The notes: generated by a model from the letters alone, not told the origin. A stretch of DNA of 64,000 nucleotides from Candidatus Algichlamydia australiensis (GCA_033977065.1 JAXCHI010000003.1:64001-128000); one strand, 5' to 3'; shown: positions 1 through 14,719, counted from the stretch's first letter. Numbers and translations: made by a program.

Positions 1-717
1 CTATTTGATCAATTAAAAGGCAAAATTTACATAGAGCAGAATAAAAAATTTACGCAAATCCATGGAATGAACGGGTTTCTCAATGATGGGGAGACTCTTC
101 TTTTTACCCCCTGGTTTCACCGAACAACCCTAACTCCTTACAAAACGCAAGAAGCGATTATTGAAAATGGCAAAGTGGTGAAAATGGCAGAAGTAGGAAG
201 TAACATTATTCCCGATGAGGGCTTTATTCTTGCTTCTCCTCAAGGAAAACCGGTAATTGAATATGGAGCGCAAGAGATTCGTTATAAAGTTGAGTTAATA
301 CCTGAAGAGGGCTCCGGAACGGTTGGTCAGTGGGAGCAAGTAGAGAACATTGTGAGCAGCTTTCCTCTTCTCATAAAAAATGGGAAGCGCCATATATTTA
401 AAGGTGAGGGGCCTGGTGACTACACGATTGATGCTTTTATCAATACTAGGCATCCGCGCTCTGCTGTAGGTGTTCGCAAAGATGGCACGTGGATTTTTGC
501 CATTATCGATGGAGGAGCAGAATCAGATATCGGTGTTAACCTTCATGATTTAGCTGAAATCATGGAGAAAGAGCAGTGCTACAATGCAATTAACCTAGAT
601 GGCGGCAGCTCCTCTTCTCTTGTAATTGATGGAGAGTACAAAAATATTGGAAGTGGAAAGGCTGCTCGCGTTGGAAACGCCCTACTCATCTTCCCTCGCT
701 CTCAATCATCTAAGTGA
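1..717 (+). CDS. Phosphodiester glycosidase (NAGPA-like) family protein, 5'-truncated by window edge
   Basis: Frame open from base 1; motifs RHPRSAVG and AINLDGGSSS typical of the family. Confidence 0.85.
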   Translation, partial: LFDQLKGKIYIEQNKKFTQIHGMNGFLNDGETLLFTPWFHRTTLTPYKTQEAIIENGKVVKMAEVGSNIIPDEGFILASPQGKPVIEYGAQEIRYKVELIPEEGSGTVGQWEQVENIVSSFPLLIKNGKRHIFKGEGPGDYTIDAFINTRHPRSAVGVRKDGTWIFAIIDGGAESDIGVNLHDLAEIMEKEQCYNAINLDGGSSSSLVIDGEYKNIGSGKAARVGNALLIFPRSQSSK

Positions 718-1259
718 AAGACCTCGCTTCGTAGATCTGCTATTACCTCTTTGTAAACGCTCTGAAGGTTTTCCTCTAATGAAGTCACAGGAGTGCGAGG
801 ATTTTCTCCAGTAAGTCCATGACCTTTAATGTTGGCATAATAACTTTTTAGGAAAATCTCATTCCCTTCTTCAAGAACACGAACTTTTAGATGCACCTTG
901 CCACCAAACTTGAAGTAGACATCACAATAAAGTTCTTGAATACTTCCCTGAATTTCGTATTTGCTATCTTCAGCAAAGGAAAATCCTGCCAGCTTTAACT
1001 CTTGAGAAAGTGCGCTTGACACCCACTCAGAAACATTCTCTTCTGTTTTAATAGAGACAATAGGCATTCCATACAAGTTTCTGTAGCAACCGATATTTTG
1101 CGGTTTTTTTCTCGTATCTATGAATTCAGAAACACGTACTTGAATAGAATTTTCTGGTTGCTGCTCTGTAATGGGTCTGTAAGCCAAATTGTTTTTTACT
1201 GAGCAACTGGCCAAACCCAAACAGAGAAGAGTTAGGTAAATTTTTTTCACGATAGACAC
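702..1259 (-). CDS. Putative lipoprotein (YajG-like)
   Basis: Lipobox LGLASC; EFIDTR and 'VSSALSQELKLAGF' resemble YajG-type lipoproteins. Confidence 0.6.
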   Translation of the reverse strand: MSIVKKIYLTLLCLGLASCSVKNNLAYRPITEQQPENSIQVRVSEFIDTRKKPQNIGCYRNLYGMPIVSIKTEENVSEWVSSALSQELKLAGFSFAEDSKYEIQGSIQELYCDVYFKFGGKVHLKVRVLEEGNEIFLKSYYANIKGHGLTGENPRTPVTSLEENLQSVYKEVIADLRSEVFHLDD

Positions 1260-1303
1260 CTCAAATATATTTTGTTTTCGATTATAAAGAGACGAAAAAA
1301 AAG

Positions 1304-1545
1304 AGCAAAAAAAACCGCTTAAGATTTCTCTTTAACGGCGAAGTAAAACTTGGCAACGACCTACTCTTACGGCCCCAAAACATTGCAATTCCCACATCCC
1401 ACTTGTGGAGCTTACTCTTTCTTTTCATAATGCTTCTTAGCAATAGCCTGTGGCTATTCCTTTCGTCGCATTCTAAAAATCTAGAGCAAGCTGCACTTCC
1501 TGTAATGAGTAAATTGCAATGTTTTGCTACCTATACTCTTGTGCA
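1304..1545 (-). repeat. Degenerate duplicate of rrn terminator plus 3' end of 5S rRNA, interrupted by a palindromic element
   Basis: 1304-1367 matches 1564-1629; 1533-1545 (atactcttgtgca) continues the 5S match (atactctcgtgca). Confidence 0.8.
1371..1531. mobile_element. ~161-bp palindromic MITE-like element
   Basis: caaaacattgcaatt (1376-1390) / aattgcaatgttttg (1512-1526); inner arms gtggagcttactct/agagcaagctgcac; apical aatagcc-tgt-ggctatt. Confidence 0.7.
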
Positions 1546-1566
1546 AAAAATCAAAAGGAATTTAGC

Positions 1567-1601
1567 AAAAAAAAAGCCGCTAAAGATCTCTCTTTAGCGG
1601 C
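1567..1601 (-). terminator. Intrinsic terminator of rRNA operon
   Basis: Perfect hairpin gccgctaaaga-tctc-tctttagcggc followed by a U-tract on the minus strand, just past 5S. Confidence 0.85.
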
Positions 1602-1610
1602 GAAGTAAAA

Positions 1611-1724
1611 CTTGGCAACGACCTACTCTCCCATACTCTCGTGCATAGTACCATCGGCGATGAAGGGCTTGACTACTGAGTTCGAAATGGAATCAGGTAT
1701 ACCCCCTTCTCTAATGTCACCAAG
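1611..1724 (-). rRNA. rrf: 5S rRNA
   Basis: Reverse complement CTTGGTGAC...GAGTAGGTCGTTGCCAAG with paired ends, downstream of 23S. Confidence 0.95.
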
Positions 1725-1835
1725 AAAGCTCAAGTATCGTCAATTTCAACAATACAAAACGACGTTTGAGTCATCTTATATGGTTTTTAATCTTTTCGTT
1801 GCTCATCTCAAGATGAGATAAGCAATGAAAAAAAA

Positions 1836-4773
<2,938 letters not shown>

Positions 4774-5087
4774 AGAAAGTTACGTGATCTAAAGTATATT
4801 AGATCGATAATTGCCACATAAGATTGTGATTAAAATAAATTAATCACCCTATTCTCAAACGTCGTTTTGTATCTTTGAAATTGTTTTCAATTAGATTTTA
4901 AGACGTTAGAATCTAAAAAAGTTTTTTTTAGATTATAATTATAATTTTGATACTTAAGCTATACTTTCAAGATAACAAACGCTCTTCTAAAAGAGCATTC
5001 TGCATTTGACAGCAGAAGAGAAGTGATGCAGTTTAAGGCCAAATATGTGCCTCAACCTAGTTACGAGCGTCTAAACACTCGAACTTG

Positions 5088-6650
<1,563 letters not shown>

Positions 6651-7181
6651 GAATATGAAAAAAAAATTTATTTACGGGTAGATCCATTTAAAAAATGAAT
6701 CGACCTAGCACATTATTTGGTTTGCTTATGTAACTTACACCCTAGAGTGTAAACTACATCTGCATCACTTCACTTCTACTGTCAAAAAAACTTTGGTCAG
6801 CTCTTAGACTTTGACCTTTTCTCCTTTGAGTGCTTTTCACTCTCAGAGAAGTTCTAAATGTACATGAGACGCGATTTATTACGCAAATGGTTTTGGCTAA
6901 AAAAGTTCGAAAATCTGAAATAAAATAATTAGTACTATATTTTACCACCTTCTTTTTTTTCCTTTTTCCATAGACAAAACATGCTCAAAATGGCCTGTAG
7001 ACACCTTTCGCAAAAAAATTCGCGAGCAAATACGAATGAGGGAAAATTTCTCCGGATTAAAAATTTTTATTTCTACTTTTTACCGTTTTTTTAGGCTAGT
7101 TTTTTACACGCTGCGTGTAAGTATTTATTTTAATCAGATTCAAGGAGTGCGAAACACCAGTATTGTTCAGGGATTCCTTTA

Positions 7182-7365
7182 GAAAGGATTGAATAAATGC
7201 TTTGCTAGCAGGCCAAGTTGAAAAATTTTAAAAGGGGTTATTTGTAGATCGCAAATGCCTAGTGCTCTGTAACAGAGTACTAGATACAGTTAGTTAGAAA
7301 TTGAAAATACCCTTTTCAAGGATTTCTCAACCGGGATATTGGTGAGTGAGTTATTCAGTGGCTCC
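7182..7365. mobile_element. Degenerate palindromic element (163 bp after removing a 21-bp nested insert)
   Basis: Ends gaaaggattgaataa / ttattcagtggctcc; inner arms gttgaaaaattttaaaaggggttattt / aaatacccttttcaaggatttctcaac. Confidence 0.55.
7259..7283. mobile_element. Collapsed footprint of the CTAG-TACTCTGTAACAG element family
   Basis: CTAG-TGCTCTGTAACAGAGTA-CTAG equals the fused left and right termini of the elements at 31728-32294. Confidence 0.7.
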
Positions 7366-7369
7366 TTAA

Positions 7370-7531
7370 AGAGATACTGAATAACTGCTCTTTTCAAAAA
7401 GGGATCAAAAAATGAGGACAAATTGGTTTTGGAGAACGGAGCTAACTCAACTATGAGTTAGTGAGTTCAAAAAACCGATTTGGACCAATTTTTGATCCCT
7501 TATTGAAAAGTCTGAGTTGTTCAGTATCTCC
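7370..7531. mobile_element. 162-bp palindromic MITE-like element flanked by TTAA/TTAG
   Basis: TIR AGAGATACTGAATAACT / GGAGATACTGAACAACT; arms pair along the whole length; apical gctaactca-acta-tgagttagt. Confidence 0.8.
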
Positions 7532-8804
7532 TTAGGCAAGAGAAACGAGATAGACTGCCATACCGGCTAAAAATCCTGCTAATGCTGGAAGGCTCGCTTT
7601 TTTCATATATTGAAAAAAAGTTGATTTTTTCCATTCCCATCATTGCGACTCCAGAAGACGAGCCTATTAAGAGGATAGATCCTCCTGTACCTGCAGCATA
7701 GGCAATCATCATCCAAAGATTTGAATCTTGGGGAAACTGCTCAATAGAGTACATTCCCATTGTTGCTGCAACAAGTGGAACGTTATCAATTATCGCAGAA
7801 AAAATCCCAATTAAGGTTGCAATCGCAGGTAGACTTCCTATATGCACTTGTAACCATGTTGCTACTCCTTCTAGAAAACCAATGCTGTCTAGAGAATCGA
7901 TCGTCAAAAGAATTCCAAGAAAGAAAAGAATATTCGATACATCAACTTTTGTTAGGATATGCGGTACACGCAAATGCTGGCGATGTTCATATTTATAGTG
8001 CAAAATATCGGTTACAAACCAAAGAATTGCAAGCGCAATCAGTATGGCCATGTAGGGCGGAACTCCTGTCAACCAATGAAAGATGGGGACAAGAAGTAGC
8101 GACGCTATCCCCATACAAAAGACAAGTTTTGCCCCCGGCTCCTTCTCTTCAATCTGTGGGGGTTCTTTTGTTGTTGTTCCTTTTCGCATAGAGTAGGTGT
8201 AAATCATGAGAGGAACAAGCATACAGATTAGGCTTGGAAAAAAGACTTCGTTCATAACTTTTAGTGTCGTGATTTGTCCTTGAATCCAGAGCATAGTTGT
8301 CGTGACATCGCCAATTGGTGTCCACGCACCACCCGCATTTGCAGCAATGATCACCATACAAGAAAATGTTAATCTTGTTTTGCGATTAGGAACGAGTTTT
8401 TTTAGTATGGAGATCATCAAGATTGTTGTGGTCAAGTTATCAAGTACAGCAGAGAGAAAGAAGGCGAAGAACGAGACGGTCCAAAGAAGCTGTCTTTTGG
8501 AATGGGTATGAATGAATCGCATAACGGTCTGAAATCCTTTATGTGAATCAATGAGTTCCACAAGTGTCATTGCACCTAGCAAAAAGAAGAGAATTTCTGA
8601 TGTGTCTGAGAGTCGTTCTGAAAGATCTGTAATATCAACTGAGAGCGGCTCTAAGTTTCCTAAGAAATAAATAGTCCAACAGATTACACCTGTAAAGAGT
8701 GCCACCGCAGTCTTGTTGAGCTTTACAAAAAATTCGAAAATGATCGCAAGATACCCAATGCAAAAAAATGCAAGGATCAAAGAGTAAGCAAGTGTGGCTT
8801 CCAT
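7532..8804 (-). CDS. nhaD: NhaD-type Na+/H+ antiporter with apparent +1 frameshift near the C-terminus
   Basis: SAVLDNLTT, AANAGGAWTPIGDVTT, IIDNVPLVAA, AGTGGS motifs; removing one base of the A7 run at 7613-7619 restores an NhaD-like end (FFQYMKKASLPALAGFLAGMAVYLVSLA, stop 7532-7534). Confidence 0.85.
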
Positions 8805-8828
8805 GCCTTCATTTTATATGATTAAAAA

Positions 8829-9785
8829 TTATAATCCAGACTGAATTACATCGTGTAAATGGAGTAAACCGACAAGTTTATTCTCTTTTAATACGGGAAG
8901 CATCATGATGCGTTTTTGTGGATCGCTCTCCATCTCCTCAATAGCTTCAACAATCAACTTATCTCCTGCAATTGAGCGAAATGTTTTGACCATCACCTCA
9001 GATACAGGCGCTTGCAGTATTGTGTCTCCATAGGTTTGCAAAGCACGGCGCAGATCTCCATCAGTAAAAATTCCTGTAATTTTCTCTTCCTCATCTGCAA
9101 CTAAGACGCAGCCACATCTTTTTGAAGAGAGCTCAAGAAGGATGTCGCGCACTTTATCTGTCGGTTTGCAAAGAGGCAGCCTCTCCCCCTGGATCATAAC
9201 GTCAGAAACGTGCGTTGTAATCCGGCGTCCAATCCGTCCTGCTGGATGATTCATTGCATAATCTGACAATGTAAATTTTTTCTCTTCCATTAATGCTACT
9301 GCAAGAGCATCTCCTAGAAGCAGCTGTAATAGGGATGAGGTCGTAGGTGCTAAGTTAAAAGGGCAGAGCTCTTCGTCAAGTGGCAAATAACAGAGTAAAT
9401 CGCACTCTTTTGCTAACCTGCTCTCCCTATTTGATGTCCAAACGATAGTTTGAATGCCGCGAGATTTTACAGCTGTAAGTAGATTGATCAGCTCTTCACT
9501 CTCTCCACTCTTGCTCAAGACAATGAGCAAATCTTTTTCTTGAACAATTCCCACATCACCGTGCATCGCATTTGTTGGAGGAAGGTAGAGCGCGCGTGTC
9601 CCTGTTGAAAGAATGGTCGTCGCGATTTTTTCTGCAATGTGCCCGCTCTTTCCTACACCTGTGAACAAAAGTGTGCCCTGACACGCAAGAAAGAGTTCCA
9701 TAATTTTTTCGGTACATTGAGGATCAATGTTTTGAAAAAAATGATTTAGCGAGTTCTGTTGTTTTTGAAAATATTTTTTCAGCAT
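8829..9785 (-). CDS. kdsD: Arabinose-5-phosphate isomerase (KpsF/GutQ family, SIS + CBS)
   Basis: GVGKSGHIA, HGDVG, LAPTTS, HPAGRIG, CBS pair. Confidence 0.93.
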   Translation of the reverse strand: MLKKYFQKQQNSLNHFFQNIDPQCTEKIMELFLACQGTLLFTGVGKSGHIAEKIATTILSTGTRALYLPPTNAMHGDVGIVQEKDLLIVLSKSGESEELINLLTAVKSRGIQTIVWTSNRESRLAKECDLLCYLPLDEELCPFNLAPTTSSLLQLLLGDALAVALMEEKKFTLSDYAMNHPAGRIGRRITTHVSDVMIQGERLPLCKPTDKVRDILLELSSKRCGCVLVADEEEKITGIFTDGDLRRALQTYGDTILQAPVSEVMVKTFRSIAGDKLIVEAIEEMESDPQKRIMMLPVLKENKLVGLLHLHDVIQSGL

Positions 9786-9825
9786 CTTCTTTAATTCTAT
9801 ACCTTTTATCTAATAGAATAAAGGC

Positions 9826-11253
9826 ATGAGTATTCCTATTGCATTTGCCCGCGGGGACGGCATTGGCCCCGAAATTATGGAGGCGGTCCTTCACATCTTG
9901 AAGGAAGCTGGCATTCCTCTAGAGCTTCACGAAGTGGAGATTGGGGAAAAAGTTTATAATCGCGGTATCGCAACTGGCATGGCTCCTGAAACGTGGGATG
10001 TGCTGCGCAATACAAAAGCTTTTTTAAAAGCGCCTATCACGACTCCTCAAGGAGGAGGGTTTAAAAGTTTAAATGTTACCGTACGCACAACACTTGGTCT
10101 CTACGCCAATGTGCGCCCTTGCATTAGTTACTCCCCTTTTATTAAGACCAAACATCCCGATATGAATGTGGTCATTGTGCGAGAAAATGAGGAGGATCTC
10201 TATGCAGGCATTGAGTACCGCCAAACTCCCGAAATTTGCACTTCGATCAAATTAATTTCAGAACCCGGATCAGAAAAAATTGTCCGCTATGCATTTGAAT
10301 ATGCTCGGGCAAATGGTCGCAAAAAGGTGAGCTGCTTCACAAAAGATAACATTATGAAGCTCTCTGATGGCCTCTTCACTCGTGTATTCCTTGAGGTAGC
10401 CAAAGAGTATCCCGATATTGAACATGAGCACTGGATTGTTGATATTGGTGCAGCTAAATTGGCCGATACTCCTGAAAATTTTGATGTTGTTGTTCTTCCC
10501 AATCTCTACGGAGATATCCTCTCTGATGTTGCTGCGCAAATCAGCGGCTCTGTTGGGCTTGCTGGCTCTGCAAATATTGGAGATCATGGCGCTATGTTTG
10601 AAGCAATTCACGGATCTGCTCCCCGCCGAGCGGGCCAAAACATGGCCAACCCTTCTGGTCTTCTTTTTGGCTCTCTGCTCATGTTGCAACATCTTGGCCT
10701 AGGAGAGATGGCCGAAAATATTCACAACGCATGGCTTAAAACAGTTGAAGAGGGCATCCACACTTACGATATTTTTGTGGAAGGAACAAGCAAAGAAAAA
10801 GTGGGAACAAAGGAATTTGCTGAGGCAATCGTAAAAAATCTTGGCATGAGACCGGAACAACTTAAGTGCGCTGCTTACTCAAAAGAGAAAAAAGGTTTTA
10901 AAAAACCCCATTTAAAAACGATCGAAACTAAGCGCGAACTCGTCGGTGTTGATGTCTATTTCTATGCAAAAACTACCCTGTCTGACTTTGTGGAGAAAAT
11001 GAAAGATGAGGGACATGGCAATTTAAAAGTGCAAATGATGACGAATCGCGGAGCCAGAATTTACCCGCACGGACAACCCGAAACTTTTTGTACAGATCAG
11101 TGGCGCTGTCGTTTTACAACTGGTGGCAGCTGCACCCAAAAAGAGATCAGCGATCTTTATGCAAAGCTTAGTGATGCGGGCCATGACATCATTAAAACAG
11201 AAAATCTCTACAGTTTTGACGGGAGCTTAAGCTACTCGCACGCCGAAAAATAG
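9826..11253 (+). CDS. icd: NADP-dependent isocitrate dehydrogenase
   Basis: GDGIGPEI, KAPITTPQGGG, RENEEDLY, NLYGDILSD, FEAIHGSAP. Confidence 0.95.
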   Translation: MSIPIAFARGDGIGPEIMEAVLHILKEAGIPLELHEVEIGEKVYNRGIATGMAPETWDVLRNTKAFLKAPITTPQGGGFKSLNVTVRTTLGLYANVRPCISYSPFIKTKHPDMNVVIVRENEEDLYAGIEYRQTPEICTSIKLISEPGSEKIVRYAFEYARANGRKKVSCFTKDNIMKLSDGLFTRVFLEVAKEYPDIEHEHWIVDIGAAKLADTPENFDVVVLPNLYGDILSDVAAQISGSVGLAGSANIGDHGAMFEAIHGSAPRRAGQNMANPSGLLFGSLLMLQHLGLGEMAENIHNAWLKTVEEGIHTYDIFVEGTSKEKVGTKEFAEAIVKNLGMRPEQLKCAAYSKEKKGFKKPHLKTIETKRELVGVDVYFYAKTTLSDFVEKMKDEGHGNLKVQMMTNRGARIYPHGQPETFCTDQWRCRFTTGGSCTQKEISDLYAKLSDAGHDIIKTENLYSFDGSLSYSHAEK

Positions 11254-11277
11254 CAACCTCCCAGGAACCACAAACGC

Positions 11278-14200
11278 TCAACAAGACACATCCTTTTTTA
11301 CTTTCGTTTGCGATTCATGCTCAGGAGGCCACTTAGAGATGTCTTCAGGAACATAAGATTTTCCATCCCTAAATTTCCAACATTTTTCGGATGGTGTTGC
11401 ATATAACAAACGATGAAGTTGGACGTGACTCTTAGCAGCTACGCGATCCCCAAATGTATAGTACCCAATTTCATTAGGAAATTCATCGGAATATTCATGA
11501 GGATACATAAAAATTTTAGAACCGCTTTTACCTGGATATGCAACAGGCATTCTAGCATCAAATGACTCCATTCCTGTAGGTACTAAAATTTCTTCTACAA
11601 ACTTTAAAGCATCACTCTCAATTTTGTATAGAGCTCTTTCAAGGAAACTCTTTCCTTTGTCTTTGGATTTTGCTTTTTTAACTTTAGCTTTAGAGTAAAG
11701 TCGATTTGCTACAGCCTCCCTCTTTGCATCCACTCTATACATAGCGGTATTTTTTGCACGCTTAATAAAATCAACTGATTTGTCAATATTGGAGAGCTCT
11801 TGCCTAGAAGCAAACTCTTTAGAAAAATGCATCAAATTCATAAAAAAGAGTTCACACTGATATTCAATAAAATTCATAAGACCAAATTCATCCTCGTACT
11901 TTACTGTTGAGAGCTTTAAAGCCAAGTCACTGGCTACTTGAAGTGCAAATAGTTCCATGGTAAACATTTCCGGTAAAACAGTGAGACACTCCATTTTTTC
12001 TTGCAACTCGGTTATACAAATTTGCAAACCGTTAAAATTTCTCCTAAGTTCTTTTTTAGATTTTTCTTCATAATAACTACCTACTGCTTCACGAATTAAC
12101 CCCATCATAGTATTGATAGGAAAAGTTACAAGAAAAGCAGGTCCAGGAAAACCCATAACAGCTAATCCATCATCACTGGCAATGCTAACACCCCACGCTA
12201 AAATCCCCAATGCTGTGCTGATCTTTTGCGACGCTTCATCTCTGGTTAGCTCTACGAACTCACTTTTCCCAGCATAGAGTCCAATAATTACTGCCTGCAA
12301 GCGGTCACGAAATTCTCTAAATATTTGTATTCCATTTCTAATCGAGGGATTTTCATCATTCTTATATTCAATGTCAGGTAGTATTTCTACTTTTTTCAAT
12401 ATCTCTTGACGCTTCACAAGATATTTTCCAAACGATGACAAAGCAGAAATGCAATCCACTGAAATGCCCAGCTTTTTCACTTGTTCAAAAAGCTCTGTAT
12501 TTTCTTCCATCAGCTTATTGTTGCTCTCGATTGCCTTACTAATTTTTGCTTGTTCATTTTTAAGGTCTTGGATAGCTACAGATGCTTCTACGCTAAAAGC
12601 ATTCAAGGCGTCTGCAAACTTCGTCTCCCAGCTCTTAAGATCATCTTTTTGATGAGAGTCGAATTCCTTTTTTAATTTTTCATACTTATTTAATCCTTCT
12701 AAAACCTCACCCTCTAACAAATTAATTTTATTTTTGAGATTGGCTATTTGTGTTACAACACTGGCTATTTGTGCGGAGGTAAACTTTTGCCTAGAGCGAG
12801 TCTTTAACATTTTCCCAATCCAATCCGCCAAATCCTGTCTTTTATTAAAAATCGCATAATCAAGTGGTGTGCGCCCAGTTGAATCTGGTATCTGAAGAAT
12901 CGATGGGTTTGCAACTAAAGAATCAAGTACATCAACCGGAACATGAGTTTGTTTTAATGCGTAATGTAGAGCTGTATCTCTAATTATATCGAATCCACTT
13001 TTCCCTCTATCCCAATTAGGAAACTCTGTATCTATCTCGAACTTCCCTTCTAGATTTGCAAAAGGTGTCATTCCCGAACTAATAAATTGGGTAACTTCGC
13101 CACAAGAATTATCCGCAATAGCTCGCCTTAAATGGACTAAGCTTTGGTAATTATTAGCAATATGGCCTTGAATTTCTGAGAGAGGGCTTTTTATCAAAGA
13201 GCAGTTTTTCTTCTTAAATGCCCCCCAGTCTAAGGCTGTATTAGTCTTAGCTCTAAAAAAAGCCAACACTTTTGTTTCTGCTAAAGATTCGGCAAAAAAG
13301 GGAGGCATTAAATTTTCACCAAGGTCGAGCCATACAATTGTACGCTGATAATTAAATCTTGTTGGCTGGATCCCCTCACCGATTACTTCCATTTGCTTTG
13401 AGTTGAGACTATTTCCTGCCAAACTTACAATTGACAATCGATTTCTTTCTAAAAAGAGGGCTTTAATAAACTCGATGTTTTTTTTAGACGAATTTCCTCC
13501 TAGTTTGTTATTTGCTAGGTTAATTGCATAAAGAGCTTGCTTTTGATTGAATAAGTTTTTTATTTTATTTGTGTTGTATTTGCAATCTTTAAAATTAATC
13601 TCACAGCCAGCAAGATCAAGAGAGCAAACTACACTATTAGTTTTTAGTGCCTTAAGCAATTTATAAACTTTTTCAGCCCCTAGCTTTACGCCTCTAAAAC
13701 TCAACTTAGTAAGCCAAGAAAAGGGGTCAAAAGGGACATTATCAAGCTTCTTTAAAAAAATCTCAAAACCACTGTTACTCTTTTCTGTTTTAAGTTCTTC
13801 GATCTCTTGTTCCAGCTTCTTTGACCTTTTTTTTACCTCCTTCAATGCACGCCCTACATTTTGAAGTTCATTCCTTTGTGATCGAATTTTCCCATCTTTA
13901 CATCTTTCAAAACCGTACGTTCTACGAGGGTCCAAAATATACTTACGCCTTGGTCGGGAAGTAAATTTTTTGGCTGGAATGTCTTTACCTTTATGCCTTT
14001 TAAGATCGTGCACTCGAGGTTCCCAACGATGTTTAGGCCTTCGATCGCAAACAAATTTTTTGATCGGAGTCTGCTTATGTTCAAGTACTTCAAATTTACG
14101 CTTACGTTTATCTCTTGAAAGTAAACTCATTCTTCTACGAAGAGCATCTTTAATAAAAATTTCTTCTTTTTGAAGACGGGTTTCTTTATTTCGAAGACGA

Positions 14201-14337
14201 ATTTCTCCATTTTGAAGACATTTCAGAGATTCTAATTTGCTTTTTAAATCCTTAGCGGGATTCGAACTCTCCAAAAACTCTTGCATATCTGCGAGTGGGG
14301 CTCCCGCCATTCTAGAGGGAACTAGTCGTAATGTCAT
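11278..14337 (-). CDS. Large LRR + ankyrin + coiled-coil protein, putative secreted effector
   Basis: LRRs (LDLAGCEI, INLANNKLG, VSLAGNSLN, LDLGENLM), ankyrin motifs (DTALHYAL, GRTPLDYAI), heptad-rich segments, basic N-terminal region. Confidence 0.7.
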   Translation of the reverse strand: MTLRLVPSRMAGAPLADMQEFLESSNPAKDLKSKLESLKCLQNGEIRLRNKETRLQKEEIFIKDALRRRMSLLSRDKRKRKFEVLEHKQTPIKKFVCDRRPKHRWEPRVHDLKRHKGKDIPAKKFTSRPRRKYILDPRRTYGFERCKDGKIRSQRNELQNVGRALKEVKKRSKKLEQEIEELKTEKSNSGFEIFLKKLDNVPFDPFSWLTKLSFRGVKLGAEKVYKLLKALKTNSVVCSLDLAGCEINFKDCKYNTNKIKNLFNQKQALYAINLANNKLGGNSSKKNIEFIKALFLERNRLSIVSLAGNSLNSKQMEVIGEGIQPTRFNYQRTIVWLDLGENLMPPFFAESLAETKVLAFFRAKTNTALDWGAFKKKNCSLIKSPLSEIQGHIANNYQSLVHLRRAIADNSCGEVTQFISSGMTPFANLEGKFEIDTEFPNWDRGKSGFDIIRDTALHYALKQTHVPVDVLDSLVANPSILQIPDSTGRTPLDYAIFNKRQDLADWIGKMLKTRSRQKFTSAQIASVVTQIANLKNKINLLEGEVLEGLNKYEKLKKEFDSHQKDDLKSWETKFADALNAFSVEASVAIQDLKNEQAKISKAIESNNKLMEENTELFEQVKKLGISVDCISALSSFGKYLVKRQEILKKVEILPDIEYKNDENPSIRNGIQIFREFRDRLQAVIIGLYAGKSEFVELTRDEASQKISTALGILAWGVSIASDDGLAVMGFPGPAFLVTFPINTMMGLIREAVGSYYEEKSKKELRRNFNGLQICITELQEKMECLTVLPEMFTMELFALQVASDLALKLSTVKYEDEFGLMNFIEYQCELFFMNLMHFSKEFASRQELSNIDKSVDFIKRAKNTAMYRVDAKREAVANRLYSKAKVKKAKSKDKGKSFLERALYKIESDALKFVEEILVPTGMESFDARMPVAYPGKSGSKIFMYPHEYSDEFPNEIGYYTFGDRVAAKSHVQLHRLLYATPSEKCWKFRDGKSYVPEDISKWPPEHESQTKVKKDVSC

Positions 14338-14484
14338 TTTCTACCTCTTTTCGTGCAGCAATTGTAGTATGGAAACACACAACCTTCAAGCACTTTTTTA
14401 AAGCACATAAAAATCTGACGAAAATTAACAGCTCTCCTTCTGCATACAGCTGCACCAAAATAAGCTGTTACATGTCAGCAGCTT

Positions 14485-14710
14485 CTATTTTTCGATAGCA
14501 CTCTTTAGTGTACCAAGAAAGTCATCCCCCTACATACCATCAGTAATGCGATGGTCAAAAGTTAGCGAGACATAGATGAATAAGGCGCTCCAAATGAATC
14601 ATCATCATGCGCAACAACTTCTTTCTCAATTGCCTCTATACCAATGATGGCAACTTCTGGGTGGTGACTGATAGAAATGCCAAAGCTACTCATAATAATA
14701 GTGCTTTCTT
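14485..14710 (-). pseudogene. Degenerate 3' fragment of dihydrolipoamide acyltransferase (E2)
   Basis: Translates to HHPEVAIIG...SLTFDHRITDGM*...FLGTLKSAIEK*, matching the E2 C-terminus at 16021-16270, with a stop, a frameshift and a deletion. Confidence 0.85.
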
Positions 14711-14719
14711 TAACTCAAA

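Noticed and set aside
11278..11310. C-terminal KVKKDVSC of the 1019-aa protein as a prenylation signal
   Set aside because: The Cys is terminal, matching neither CaaX nor CC/CxC motifs.
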